Source: Chiloscyllium plagiosum (taxonomy: Eukaryota). From it: a stretch of 51,726 nt of DNA. The position numbers were made by a program, and so were the translations under genes. This document shows, one piece after another, positions 35,310 to 48,757 of the stretch. A model generated the notes under the pieces. The model was given only the letters and a program-made list of their open reading frames with translations. It was not told the origin of the DNA and ran no database searches. Where the stretch lies: assembly GCF_004010195.1 (NCBI RefSeq), contig NC_057719.1, positions 6,782,846-6,834,571 on the forward strand, in the 5' to 3' direction. Every line of letters starts with the position of its first letter. Within the stretch, counting starts at the first letter, position 1.

Positions 35310-36648
35310 TGTCTTCCCAGCCAGATTGTTGTTGTTTTTTCTTGAAGCAATGATAAATTGATGAAGGCAGAGCAGTAGCTGTTGCCTGAACACTTCAGGA
35401 ATGCATTTGACAAGGTTCCATATGGGAGCTAGCTGATTGGATACAAAATTGGCTTGAAGGTGGTGATAGAGTTTGCTTTTTGAACTGGAGGCCTGTGACC
35501 AAAATGTGCCATAAGAATCAGTGCTGGGTGCACTGCTCATTCATTATATAAATGATTTGGACATGAATAAAGGAGGCACGGTTAATAAGTTTGCAGTGGG
35601 CAGTGATGAAGATTCTCTGGGTACAATAAGACCTTGTTTGGATGGGTCGGGGGCCAAGGAGTGGCAGATGGACTTTAATTTAGAAAGATGCGATGTTGCA
35701 TTTTGGTAAGGCAAGACTTGTACAGTTAATGGTAGGTCCCTGGGGAGTGTTGGTGAACAAAGGGGTTCAGGTGTATAGTTCCTTACAAGTGGAATCGCAG
35801 GTAGACAGTGGTGAAGAAGGCGTTTGGCGTGCTTGCCTTCATTGGCACTGCCCCATCATGACTAATGTTGGACTGAGATCGACCAGATCAGATGTCGTAT
35901 GACACCAGGTTAAAGTCCAACAGGTTTATTTAAAATCACAAGCTTTTGAAACGCTGCCCCTTTGTCAGGTGAAGTGACATTCATTTGACGAAGGGTCACA
36001 CTTCGAAAGCTTGTGATTTCAAATAAATCTGTTGGACTATAACCTGGTGTTGTGACGTCTGACCTTCATTGGTCATAACCTCCAAACTCCTACACTCAAT
36101 GTTATGGGCCTGTACAGGACATCAGTGAGATCACTTTTGAAATGCTGCATACAATTTTGGTCACCCTTCTATAGGAAGGATGTCAGAGGAGAAAAGACTT
36201 TCAAGGATCTTGCTGGAACTGGATGGTTGAGTTGTAGGGAGAGGCTGAATAGGCTGGACTTTATTCCCTGGAGTGTCAGAGGCTGAGGGGTGACGTTATA
36301 AAATTATAAGGGTATGGATAGGGTGAATAGCCAAAGTCTTTTTCCGAGGATAGGAGAATTCAAAACTAGAGGGCAGAGGTTTAAGATGAGCAGGGAAAGA
36401 TATAAAAAGGACCTGAGGAGTAATTTTTTTCATGCAGTGGATGGTGCATTTATGGAATGAGCTGCCGGATGAAGTAGTGGAGGTAGATACAATTATAACA
36501 CTTTAAAAGGCGTCTGGATGGGTATATGAATAGGAAACGTTTAGAGGGACATTGGCTAAATGCTGGCAAATAGGATTCTGTCACGTTGGGATATCTGGTC
36601 CATGCATATAAGTTGGACTGATGAATCTGCTTTTGTGTTGTATGACTT
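35310..36648 (+). mobile_element. Old CR1 3' half
   Basis: YINDLD..VNKFA, EWQMDFN, CIQFWSPFYRKDV, WNELP; CR1 tail. Confidence 0.8.
35846..36062. mobile_element. Palindromic PLE family D (B-related) insertion
   Basis: Arms acaccaggttaaagtccaacagg / ctgttggactataacctggtgt, degenerate tgacgaa..cgaaagctt cores, TSD ccttcattgg (35836-35845, 36063-36072). Confidence 0.75.
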
Positions 36649-38114
36649 TCAGTTCACAGGTAGTAACAGCTGAAACTATAGGTCTATTAGAGCAGTACTG
36701 TTCGTGGATCTTGGGAAGAAGGTAGATGTTAGTGATATGGGATAAAAACAGAAATTGCAGGAAAATCTCAGGTCTAGCAGCATTTGTGGACAGAAATCAA
36801 AGTAAATGCTTCTGGTCAAGTGACCCTTCAGAACTGATGGTCGCTAGGAAGATGTTAGTTTTCATTCAGAAGATGGGGTGAGAGGAGGGGGTAAGAGTAA
36901 ATGATAGTGCCCAAAGAGAGGAGAAAGTTGGATTTACAAAGGAATAGATAATGGTCAGCCTAGGAAAATGAAAAACTGCTCATGGGGACTATTAGTGGCT
37001 AGCAATGGGTTTAGTGGGATTAAGCTGCTATGTGGTAGGAAGCTGTAGAGGAGAGATTATTGGAGTAGATAAAATCAATGACTGTACTACAAGCAAGAGC
37101 TTGATTTTCTGTGGTGACATCATAGTCCAGGGGAATGCAAGACTAAGTATTGGAGAGTTAACTCTTCTGCTTTTGCAAAGTAGAGGTAAGTTCACCAACA
37201 TTTAGAGCCCTTGTCATTAAGATTTATTTAAGATTTGTCACTTTTACCTAGGTGGAGTGAAAAGTGTATAATGGAATGCCACAAGCTCAGAGAGAGAGGA
37301 TTCTAAACTCTGGGATTTCAACCCTGCATTGGTCTGCTTTCCTCCTCTTAAAACCAACTTATTTGAACAAGCCTTTGATCATCTGATCAAAGATTGCCAT
37401 ATGTGGTTTGGTATCATGATTTCTTTTAAAATGGTCTTCTGAAGTATCTTGGGATTAAGTGCTATACAAATGCAAATGGAAAACTGTTTTCCCATCGACA
37501 ATGAGGCAAACTGTTCAAATCATTCGTGCAGCATAATTTTATCAATGTTTGTTAGACTTGTAATTTTCTTTATATTAATATCCTCTATTTGGTGAAACAG
37601 TCTGAAATGAGCACTATAGTTGATAGTGTGATTAACTTCTCCATCTCACCAATTTAATTATTGATGACTTAGTTTTGGAGGAATGGGACCTGCATCATTA
37701 ATTATGATGGAAGCTGAATAGCACCAACCTTAAATGTGGTTATTGCATAGTGGGAATATTTCTTTCTTTCTCTTCCCCACTTCCCCTTTTCTTTTCCTTC
37801 ACCACACACTTCCATCCCCATCCTCCACTGCAAACTATTCCACTTCTTCATAATAACTGCGTCTGACCTGTCAAATCGAGGACCTTTCCAATATTCCCAA
37901 TTTGTGTTTTAGTTGCAAAAAGCCAATCCCCCTTTCCTACCAAGCTTGTCTTTGAGTAATTGTAGGTAGAAGCTGTAGAATTTAACAGACAGTGAGAACA
38001 ATAGCAATTCAATGTCACTATTAAAGTAATTGATTTTAAATGTTCTAATTCGAAGGTCTTATCTCATTGTCCCATTATCATCAACCAGCCCAGTTCAATG
38101 AATTGTGTAGGGGA

Positions 38115-38350
38115 GAGCCGACATTCTTTGCGTAGCTCTCAGGGAACAGAACTTCAGATACTCCTATTTACAGATGTTTTCTAATCAACCTTTTCAGAGA
38201 TGCTATTACATCCCTCTTGAGCAGGTAGGATTTGAATATAGTTCTTGCTGGCTCAGAGGTAGGGTTACTACTACTACACCATAAGACTCCCACTCTTTCT
38301 GTCGGCTCCCTGATTGGACCAAGTTGATAGCTGCAGGGAACTCATTCTTG
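38115..38350 (-). repeat. Inverted copy of part of the LTR-like element at 38604-39017
   Basis: Reverse complement aligns with 38630-38935 (e.g. ctgaaaaggttgattagaaaacatctgtaaataggagt). Confidence 0.85.
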
Positions 38351-38603
38351 CATAATAGGAGCAATGCCAGGTGTGAGTGGCAATCCTACAACCAGCAGAT
38401 TAGATCAAAGTTCTACAGCCTTCCCACATTTGTTGAATAGTGATGTGCAATTCAACAGCTACAGAATGTGGTTGGACAGACAGCTCCATCCTTGAGAACA
38501 TGTTAGTGTTTAAAAAAAATCTCCAGTTCATTGTCTATTCTGGTTTGCGGTCTCATATTTGTCTGTATGGTACTGAGTATCCATGGGTCCAAGTTGTCGT
38601 GAT

Positions 38604-39017
38604 TGTAACATGGTCGGCCAGGTGAACTTCATAGAATGGGTTCCCTGCAGCTATTAACTTGATCCAATCAGGGAGCCCTGGCTGACAGAGGAGTGGGGAC
38701 CTTTGATGTGAAGGGCACTGCTTGTTACTGGCCAGTTGGGTGTTTCTTTTCTTCCTGGTGGAAATAAAAAAAAAAGTGGGGCTCTTGTGGTGTAGTAGCA
38801 GTGTCCCTACCTCTGAGCTAGCAAGATCTATTTGCTCTAGAGGTGTGTAATAGCATGTCTGAAAAGGTTGATTAGAAAACATCTGTAAATAGGAGTCTCT
38901 GAAATTCTGTTCCCTGAGAGCTGCGCGGAGGATGCCAGACCAATGTCAAGTACTATGCACATGTAAATAAAGGCGATGGGACTTAGTGATGGAATAGTGA
39001 CCTCTGGAGTTATTTCA
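38604..39017 (+). mobile_element. Solo-LTR-like element (TG...CA) with internal tRNA-like and A-tailed inserts
   Basis: Starts tgtaaca, ends ttatttca, contains CCAAT and AATAAA; no TSD seen. Confidence 0.45.
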
Positions 39018-39212
39018 CATGTCATTTATGTCAATACAAAACAAATAGTTCCAACTGGGTCAACACTCCGTACTTTCACTTACCATGCAAAATTTATTTT
39101 CAAAGGCCATTTTCCATCCAAGCTGAGGCTTTGCTGTGATTCTCAACAGCTTACACTTAATGTGCTGATAGTTTGATATTTTAAATGCATTTTTTTTTGT
39201 TTCTCTGTTTAG

Positions 39213-39249
39213 GGTGTATAGGATTTAAAACGGATTTTTTTCACTCAAG
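39213..39249 (+). other. Candidate 37-nt non-coding (5' UTR) exon
   Basis: Strong polypyrimidine tract ending tttag before 39213; AAG|GTCAGA donor after 39249; no ATG. Confidence 0.35.
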
Positions 39250-41149
39250 GTCAGAATGTGGCAATTTATAAAACAGTGAATCTGGTCAGATAACTGTTTC
39301 CATCTATGATTAGTAATTTTCATTGGGTATAATGTGATGAATTCTGAGTTTTATCTGTCAAAACTTTCAATAGGTCAGTCTACAGCATCTGATAGTTGTA
39401 GTAGATGGTCACCTTTATTGGCTACTGATGAGGTAGCACAAGTTTTTCCTTCAGTTATGTAGCACTTTGCGAAGGTTGAAATTGTCACTACTAATGTCTA
39501 GGTGTTGCAACAATGATTAAAGTTTAAAAGTACTTCATTGGAATTTTGATGCCATTGGCTAGGCCATCATTTCTTACCCTTTCCTGCTTGCCATTGGGAA
39601 GATTGTGATGAGCTGCCATCTTGAGTAGTCCATGTGGTGTGGATACTCCGATCGTGATTTTCAGGAGAGTTGTTGTAGTGCATCATGTGGATGGTGTACA
39701 CTGCCATCACAATGTATTTGTGGCGGAAGGGCTGAACTTTACCACAAAAATAAAGTTTCTTATTAAGAAATCAGCCTAATGATCCTTCTATGAACACTTT
39801 TCAGTGCAACTTTATCTGTCCTGAAGTAAGAAGAACAAAACTGTATGCAATACTGTGAGTGCAGTCTCTCCAATGTCTTGTAAGTTTGCAGCAATACTTC
39901 TTACTTTTGTCCTCTTCCATTAAGGGCCAGCAGTAGGAGTATGGGAAATTTGGGGACTTCGAGACATTGAGAAATTGAGAGATCTATTCTAGCTGAAGAA
40001 TTCCAGTAAGTTTGATATTTGCTGCATGTTAATTATTGGCAGTCTTTCTCTGTCCCCAGTGATGATTTGGAAGATTTATTGATCATTTTACTTTAAGAAA
40101 TTATTTTCCAAGTCTCAGTTTCCATACTAAATTGTTTGCTCTGTTTTACTAGATTGTTATGGTGACTTTTTAAATAATTTGCTCATTAGTTTTGGGAAAA
40201 TGCCCTTTAAATGTGAAAAGTACAATATAAATTAATCCTGTTTTACATATTTTTCTGATGCAAGATATCCAGCTTCCACACTGTAAGGCTCAATAACAGC
40301 TATTGTGAATTTTTTTATTACTAAAAGTTCCGGCTATAGTCTGTTATATCTTGTGTAGCAGAATTGGTTTGGGGCTTATTTGCATGAGTGCTGACGCCTT
40401 GAGTATGCATGCAATTCAAAACCAAAGGCTGACCATCCACCTGTCCGTAATTCATCCCCAGCCATCTGTTGTTGTGTACAAAATACACAAAATGCTTTTT
40501 CATTCTTGTTTTCCTTTGTGGCAGATTGCTAGTGTTGTCAAGGTGAAGTGCACAAATGAGGATGTAGTAGCATAGTCATTGAATAATAACTATGCTGCTA
40601 TGTGTGTGGCAGACCAATGCCAGAGATCCCAACTTTTGGAGATTTATTTTGTTTTTATGCCAAATTTAGAAGCTTTTGTTTTATACCTAGAGTATAAATC
40701 ATCTGTTATGGCCAAAATGTTTCTTGCAAGTGAAATTAAGGTATGTTTACAGGAATGTGAGTCAGTGATTGAACTATTTTGACTTTTGATCTTGGGCAAG
40801 GAGCTAGTTTGAAAAATGGGGCGATCTGAGTGAAGAACAAAATGCTATTTTGTAACAATTGTGATGGTATAAGCGATAGTTAAGAATGCAAAGCCATTCT
40901 AAAGTGATATGTGGCCATCTATATCATACAGATGCAAAAACTAAGCTTTCAATGTTAGAATGTAGTGGCAACATGAGCTTGTTTTGAATTATGGACTGGG
41001 AGAATGATTCAAAGGTCCTTGAGTTAGTATGTAGTAATAGCGCAAGAAACTAGGGAATGGTCCGATTGTGTGTTCGAATGGGGTATTTTATCAGTACTGT
41101 ATTAATGCATCTGTACTCAGCTGGAAACAGTTTTGCTCACCAAAATTTG

Positions 41150-42400
41150 AAGTAGCGAAAGCATCATGAGAGAGACGAGAAATCTGCAAAGTGTTTTTGT
41201 TTTGTTGGGGGAGCGGTTGGCGAGAGAACATGCAGAAATAAATGCAAAGTTGATTGGATGTGGAAGGTGAAAGTGTCTCATAGAGCAATGCCCTTTTGTG
41301 AAATAAGCAATTTGTGTTCCTTGCAATCTGTGAGCAACATTTCTCCCAACGGTTTGTTGACGGACGTAGAGAAAGGTTAGTGAACGTTTTGAGTAACTCG
41401 CACCGCACTTAGAAGCGGGAGCATTAGGACCCGGAGGACATCTCCCTGTCCCTTCTGGTGCGATGAGTTGGAAAAGGACGGAAAAGAATTGAGGACGCAT
41501 TAACGTGCGGGCTGTGAATTTAAAAAAAATAGTCGGGTTGGGATATTATTTGCAACTCCGAAAGGATTGAAAACAACACTGAAGCAAACCAGTGAGGATT
41601 ATCGGGTGGAATATGAAATGGACATCGTTGTTTTGTAGCCTGGGCGGATGCGGAGTGGATTCATAGCAAGAGCAGGGAGCGAAAGCACGGGATTAAAAAG
41701 GTTACTAAATCAGCATCTCAGTCAATCTTTGGGCAGCTCTGATTTCATTAATGTTCACAGGCGTCTGGGCTGCATTTTTTTTTACTGTCTCCGGTTCTTG
41801 TTGCTGCAGTGCACAATTTTAAATTCAGCACATACCTGATGATGCTTTAAAAATCTTTTTATATCTATCCGATCTACCGAAAAAAAGAGCTCCGCCAATG
41901 TTACAACGTTTACAGCGGTGTTTGTGTTGTTGTGGATGACCCTGTGCTGTACACAGGGCGGCACGTCAGTGTTTGTGTGCAAGCCTCGCTTTTTTTTTGC
42001 AAACGTACATTTGGAAAATCTGTAAAGGACAGGCTATTCTGTTATTCCCTGTGGCGATTGTCGTTTATTATATGCTTCCACTTCATTGAAACTAGGGATT
42101 TGTGAGCAGGGATTTTAAATTTTCTCTTTCGTTGACTTTATTAAATAGCTTCTCTTTTATGGGCTTCGTTACTACAGTTTTGTCCCATTCAGTGGCTCGA
42201 AATGGTGTTCCCTTACATAATGGAAAAAAAACGTTTTACGCTGACCTGACGGAGGCTTATTTGGGCTAGTGCAATGTTTAACGCCTCCTAACTTTACAGT
42301 ACACGGCTGATAACAATAGGCCACGGATTGTATTAGTTAATGGAGGATGTGCAACCCACTCGGCATTAAAATAAATAAAGATAGCGATCACTTTGTAGCT
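41150..42400. promoter_or_regulatory. Second CpG-retaining region, possible alternative promoter or enhancer
   Basis: Many CpGs in repeat-free DNA; reverse CCAAT near 41253; AAG|GTTAGT donor at 41375/41376. Confidence 0.5.
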
Positions 42401-44529
42401 TTGCTCAGTTTAATTTTTATGGTTGAATTGAATGCTTTTCAAATTGCAAGTTATTTATTGATAAACATGGAAAAACATTATTTTACTACACAAAGCGAAT
42501 GAAGTACCACCAAACTCTCATGTCTCCGGTTGTTTCCAAGTAATCTATTTCTCTTGCAGTTTTCTTCATTGTGCAATTTTGCCACAGTTCAGAAAGTTGG
42601 GCTCAATATTTACTGTAAACTCAACTGAGATGTTTAAACTTCAGTTGTTCCTTGTTCTGATGGATCAGGTCAATGCTACACATCCTATGGGACGTTGTGA
42701 AGATGAACAGGCATTTCACCTTGTGTTCAAGCCAGTATTTTCCTCTTAGCTAAACAAATGATTGAAAAGTCTTGGCTATGGGACCTGGTGATAAATTTGC
42801 AAGATTTAAAAAAAAATTGATTGTCTCAATGCATTTTGCGTGACTTAAGTAAATGCTCCAAGAAAACAGGTAGTCTTAAATATGCAAAATTTTAAATTTG
42901 TCAGAGTTCACTGCAATATATGGACAACTTGTTGTTTTCCACTAATTGAAAACTATGCCTCTGATTTTGCTTCCTACAATAATGTGAAGAATTTTAAAAC
43001 AAACTAGGTGGCATCTAATCAATGACTCTTGAGTTGTCTTGGTTTTGTGCAGTTATTTTCAATATTGTTGACTTGCTGGCCAACTTGTTGGTTTTGACCC
43101 TTTTTGCACAGGTTTTTTGGTTTAATTGTGGCTTTGAATATTGACAGTTATATTTTATGCTGTGTAGCTACACACAGGTCTGTCTGATCATTAACAGTGT
43201 ATATTAATGTTAGCACTTCAAACAGTTTTTTCTGAAGTAGATTTTTGTTAGTCTGCATTCTGTTGTCCTACATCAGTATAGTACTGTAAGGAGCCAATGC
43301 ACATTAGTAAAGTGCATTCTAGTACCTAACTTTTGAGTTCATAAAAAATTCATTGCTGCCTTATGCTTTGCATCACAAATTTCTCCCCCCTATTTTGAGA
43401 CTAATTATTTCTTCTCACTTGGATCTTCTCCAGTATCGGAGATGGAAAAGTCTAACACACCCTGATAACTTGTACTCGCAGGGGATGCATTGTACCCAAG
43501 TAGTATGAAAAACCCAATTTTATTTTCTTTGGTTTAAGTAGACAATTTACAAGAATTCCAGAACCTTCCCTACTTATGCATTTTTGTTTTGTACATTTTT
43601 TCTTTGCATCTATTCAATATATTGCATTGGCAGGTGGTTGAACAGGTTTCAGTAGGCAGAACAGATCTCAGCACGGAGTACAGGTGATCAACCAAAATAT
43701 TCCTCCAGATTTTGGAGTGATATGCACTTCTGTTTGCAACATTAGTGCCACAGTGGTGAATGTTGGTAGGCAGTAATTCTTTGGAAGATATTTAATTTTG
43801 CCACAAGTGTTCAACAAAATGTATTTTGCTTTCTTTTGGTTAAAGTATTTAAAATTCAGTTTTAAGGCCATGGAAATAGTTGGCATAGCTGAGTATTTAA
43901 GTCACCAAATTGAGTTTTTAAAAAAAATGCAATTAAATATATTTTCTCATACTGCACGGAACTTGTATGTATAACAATGGAATAAGTTTTTTTGTCTGAT
44001 ACAAAAACATTGTTTACGTCTAATTTGGCTACAGCTTTGCAGAAAAAAGTCGAAGTTCTTCTCTGTTTAATATTTTTGTATCATTTGACCTTTCCCATGT
44101 TTTGCATACCCCTTACAACTGTATTTTCCTGTGGATCTGTAGTACTGTATTTGTGAATGCTGTAACTAAATGCTCCAAACTGGACACGACTTGCTTTGTA
44201 ATTTTAGTGGGACAGAGATGAACTGAAGTAACTTTTGTTTCGTTTCATAAAGGTATATGTTGGCATTCTCAACCTTTTAATGATTACTTGACACTTAAGT
44301 GAAGACAAATGTAGGTCCCTTTATAGTCAAAAACAAGGGTAGCTATATTGGGTAACAAAGAGATGGCAGAACGATTAAATACATACTTTGGCTCGATCTT
44401 CACAAACGAGGATACAAATCATGTCCCAAACGTTTTGGGTAACACTAGGTCTAGTGAGAGGGTTGAGCTGATGGAAATTATATTGGGGAAATTGATGGGT
44501 TTAAGGACTGAAAACTCCATATGATCTGG

Positions 44530-45502
44530 TGTAGGCATGGCCTAGTGGTATTATTGCTAAACTAATACTAAACTAAAACAATTTATACTTGGTAGTGTGG
44601 ATGAGCAGAGGGATCTTGGTGTCCATGTACACAGATCTCTGAAAGTTGCCACCCAGGTAAACAGTGCGGTGAGGAAGGCATATGGCGTACTGGCTTTTAT
44701 TGGTAGAGGAATTGAGTTCCGGAGTCCTGAGGTCATGATGCAGTTGTATAAGACTCTGGTGCGGCTGCATCTGGAATATTGTGTGCAGTTTTGGTCGCCA
44801 TACTATAGGAAGGATGTGGAGGCACTGGAACGGGTGCAGAGGAGGTTTACCAGGATGTTGCCTGGTATGGAAGGAAAATCGTATGAGGAAAGACTGAGGC
44901 ACTTGGGGCTGTTTTCACTAGAGAAAAGAAGGTTTAGGGGTGACTTGATTGAGGTGTACAAGATGATTAGGGGGTTAGATAGGGCCGACAGTATGAACCT
45001 TTTCCCGCGTATTGAGTCGGGTATTACAAGGGGGCATAGCTTTAAATTAAGGGGTGGTAGATATAGGACTGAAGTTAGGGGTAGGTTCTTCACTCAGCGA
45101 GTCGTAAGTTCATGGAATGCCCTGCCAGCAGCAGTGGTGGACTCTCCCTCTTTATGGGCATTTAAGCGGGCATTGGATAGGTATATGGAGGATAGTGGGT
45201 TAGTATAGGTTAGGTGGGCTTGTATCGGCGCAACATCGAGGGCCAAAGGGCCTGTACTGCGCTGTATTCTTCTATGTTCTATGTTCTATGTTCTAATCCA
45301 CAGGCCCTAGAAATGTTCTGAGGACTTAGGTTTGAATCTTGCTATGGCAGATCTCAATAAAAATTTGGAATGAAGAGTCTAATAATTGTCATTCGCTGGG
45401 GAAAAAACCCATCTGGGTACAATCATCCTTTAGGAAACTGTCATCCTAACCTGCTCTGGACTCTAAACAGACAACAATGTGGTTGACTCTTAACTGCCCT
45501 CT
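44530..45502 (+). mobile_element. tRNA-derived SINE (same family as 20102-20456) split by a young CR1
   Basis: Head tggcctagtggtatt at about 44538; body resumes at about 45294 (taatcca...aaacccatctgg...gactcttaactgccctct). Confidence 0.65.
44585..45294 (+). mobile_element. Young 5'-truncated CR1/HER1 3' end
   Basis: Uninterrupted 203-aa ORF2 C-terminus (44597-45208), CpGs retained, (ttctatg)n tail. Confidence 0.92.
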
Positions 45503-46444
45503 TGAATATGTATAGACTTTGGAACAGTTCCTGTGGATTAGGGTAGCTAATATAAGCCCACAATTTTTTTCAAGGGAAGTAAGTAGAGAGAAAATAGGGA
45601 ATGTAAGCCAGTTAGCCTGGCCATTGGTAATAGGAAAAATGCTAGAGTTAATTTTAAAGCAGAGCGCTTGAAAAGTAGTGACAGGATTGGACAGAGTGAG
45701 CTTAGGTTTATGAAATGGAAATAGTGTTTGACAAGTGTATTGCTATTTCTTGAGAATATGAATTGTTGTGTCAAGCAAGGGGAGCTAGTGGATATCATTT
45801 ACTTGGAGTTTGAGAAGGCTTTTTATACACTCCCCTATAAAAGATTAGCATGTCATTAAAGTGTATGTGATTTGGGTCAGTGTACTGACATGGGCTTTTT
45901 TCTGAGTGACAGCCATTGACGAACGGTGTACTGCAAAGGTGTTTGTTTGGACCTCAGTTAGTTACGATGCATTTAAAGATTTAGATGAAGAAACTAGGTG
46001 TAATATCTCCAATTTTGCAGGTGACACAAAGCTGAATGAAAGGGTGAACTATGAGGAGGATACAAAGTTGCTTCACTGTGGTTTGAATGTTGAATGAGTG
46101 AGCAAATGCATGGCCAATGAAGTGTAATGTAGCTAACTGTGAGGATATTCACGTTGGTAACAAAAGCAGGAAGGTGGATTATCTGAATGCTAATTGATCA
46201 GGAAAGGGACCTTGGTTCCTTGTACATGCATGGCTGCAAGTAAGCATGCATGTGCAGTAGGCCATGAGAAAGGCAAATAGTATGTTGGCCTTCATAGCAA
46301 GAGGATTTGAGTACAGGAGCAAGAATGTCATGCTGCATTTGTACATGGCCTTAGTGAGCAGTTATGGCCCCCTTCTTTGAAGAAAAATGTTCTATATATG
46401 GAGGGAGTGCAATAAATGTTGATCAGACTGGTTCCTGGGATGGA

Positions 46445-46667
46445 GGAGAAAGTGAGGACTGCAGATGCTGGAGATCAGGGTTGAGTGTATAGCGCTGGAA
46501 ATGTGCAGCAGATCAGACAGTATCCGATAAACAGGAGTTTCGGGCATTAACCCTTCATTAGGAACCTTGATCCTGATGAAGGACTTATGTCCGAAACATA
46601 GATTCTCCTGCACTTCGAATGCTGCCTGACCTAATGTGCTTTTCCAGCACCATACACTCGATTCCGA
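46445..46667. mobile_element. Palindromic PLE family A insertion (older)
   Basis: Diverged inverted arms, left tail, TSD ttcctgggatg (46432-46442, 46668-46678). Confidence 0.78.
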
Positions 46668-46964
46668 TTCCTGGGATGTCAGTACTGAAGTATGATGGGC
46701 AGCAGTGGTTACCTCTGTTCTCTGGAACTTAAGACAAACTGGGGAGGATCTCATAAGAAAACCTATAAAATTCTGACAGATCTATACAGGGTAAATACAG
46801 GGAGGATATTTCTGATGACTGGGGAGTCCAGAGTCCGGGGTCACTGGGGTGGGACTGAGGTGAGAAATGGGACTGAGGTGAGAAATTTCTTCAGCCAGAG
46901 AGTGGTGAGTCTGTGTAATTCACCGCCACAGAAAGCAGTTCAAGGTGAAGGTCAAAGCACTGTC

Positions 46965-47840
46965 ATTGAAATGTTGGTCCACACTGACCTTGTTCCCAAA
47001 CTAAGCTCGTCCCACCTGTCTGCGTTTGGCCCACATCCCTCCAAACCGTTCCAATTCATGAATTTATCCAATATCTTTTAAATGTTATAACTGTACCTGT
47101 GTCACTGCGATTTCTGGCAGTTCATTCCACACATGAACAGCATTTTTTAAAAAAAGTCCTTTTTAAATCTTTCTCCTCACCTTAAAAATATGATTTTAGT
47201 TTTGAACTTCCTTCACCCTCTGGAAAAGACCCTTGTCATATACCTCAGCAATGTTCCTCATGATTTTTATAAACCTTAATAAGGTAACCCCCTCAACCAC
47301 CTCTGCTCCAGTGAAAAAGAACATTACCTGGGTCTCTGGGTTAATAGTCTAATGAAAATGCCAGTAGGCCATTGCCTCCCATTTAACTCACTCAATACAC
47401 ACTGTCAAACTCAAAATGACACAACCATCTCTGGTAGGAGCCCTGCAATTTCCTCAACTTCCCACAACGTCCAGGGATTCATTTGATTTGGGTTCTGGAG
47501 ATTTATCTACCTATGTTTTCTAAGATCTCCAATCTTTCCTCTTTTTTATGTGAACTGTTTTCAGTACATCAATATTCATTTCCCTGAGGTCTCCAGCTTT
47601 TATTTTTACTGTTGAAAGAAACTGACACAAGACATTCATTTAAGATCTCTCCCATTTCCTGAGGTTCAACCCAAAGACATCTTGTTGATCTTCAAGGGGT
47701 CCGACTCATGCTCTAAATGCTCTCTTGCTCTTAGTGTATTTGTAGAATCTTTTTGGGTTATCTTTAACTTTTTCTGCCAAGGCTACTTCATATATGCTCT
47801 CTTTGCCTTCCTGAATACCTTCTTAAGAATGCCCCCACAC
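46965..47840 (-). mobile_element. Old CR1 fragments and a SINE head (about 47325-47380)
   Basis: Similarity to CR1 tail (ttcccaaactaa..cccacctg) and to the CR1 segment at 25620-26090. Confidence 0.55.
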
Positions 47841-48731
47841 TTTCAAGGAGGAGTGAGATATAAGTCTTAGGACTAAAGGGGTTATTTGGTATGAGGAAGA
47901 AGTGGAAACAGGGTACTAAGCTTCACGATCAGCAGCAATCGTATTGAATGACTGAGCGGTCTCCAAGATCTGAATGACCACAAGCTGTTTTCTATGTTTG
48001 ACAGTTTATAACACTTAGTGATTTTTATAGGGAATGCTGTTTTCAATGGATAATTATTTTTAGCTAAAGGTCATAGTCTTTTTCAGAGCATGTTGCAGAA
48101 AGTATTCGTACAAGGAGGAGTCACCTTTTTAAATCTACCTTTTTCAAGTCTTTTGCTTCAAATTTTTTAATGCTGCCTCTTCTAATTTGAAGCGACCTTT
48201 CCATTTTAAAACATTTTTTGCTTCATGGTTGATAACATGTACTTTTATCTTGTATGTCACCTCATCAGTGAGGCTCCTAAATTGTGCTGCTAGATTTGGA
48301 GCTATTGCTTCTGTGCCCTGACGTCAAAGATTTATGCTTGATTTAAACAGTTTGTTTGATCAGGTACCTTGATTTCAAAATTTGTTTTCAATCCTTTTTT
48401 AAATTTGTTCCTGTACAAGTATAGGTATTAATGTCAATACTCTGATTAGCTTTGATGTATATGACTGTTGACATGTTTATCAAGTCTACAAAACTTGTTG
48501 TGCTGCTTCAGAAAAAGAAAATTGAGGCCTGAGCACGAATAAAGATGAATATTGTAAGACAAAATATATTTTTGAGAGAGCTTTTCATCTTTAACTGATC
48601 AGGTCAATTTGCCAAAAATACCAGTGTAAAGGGAAATTAATGTTTCCAGTATGGAAGAAGAGAGCTGTTTATCAGAGTCCATTCGACAGACTGAAGCATT
48701 ACCCTGGAAATGCACCTGCTAATGATGACTT

Positions 48732-48757
48732 TTAATTAATTAATTAATTAATTAATT
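48732..48757. repeat. (TAAT)n microsatellite
   Basis: ttaattaattaattaattaattaatt. Confidence 0.9.

Larger units (their letters stand above)
44295..46940 (+). mobile_element. Old CR1 ORF2 remnant carrying nested insertions (tail probably resumes at about 47860-48000)
   Basis: EMAERLNTYFGSIFT, DIIYLEFEKAF, ISNFAGDTKL, FFSQRVVSLCNS. Confidence 0.7.

Noticed and set aside
37131..37191. Exon ending at a perfect GAG|GTAAGT donor
   Set aside because: Upstream acceptor is weak and there is no coding support; such donors occur by chance at this scale.
39334..39392. C/D box snoRNA (GTGATGA...CTGA)
   Set aside because: Short, no convincing terminal stem, no recognisable rRNA antisense element.
44597..45208. 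Functional 203-aa gene
   Set aside because: It is the C-terminus of a 5'-truncated CR1 ORF2 lacking the catalytic RT core.
48512..48559. Start-codon exon (ATG AAT ATT|GTAAGA)
   Set aside because: Weak polypyrimidine tract and only three codons; cannot be supported without transcripts.
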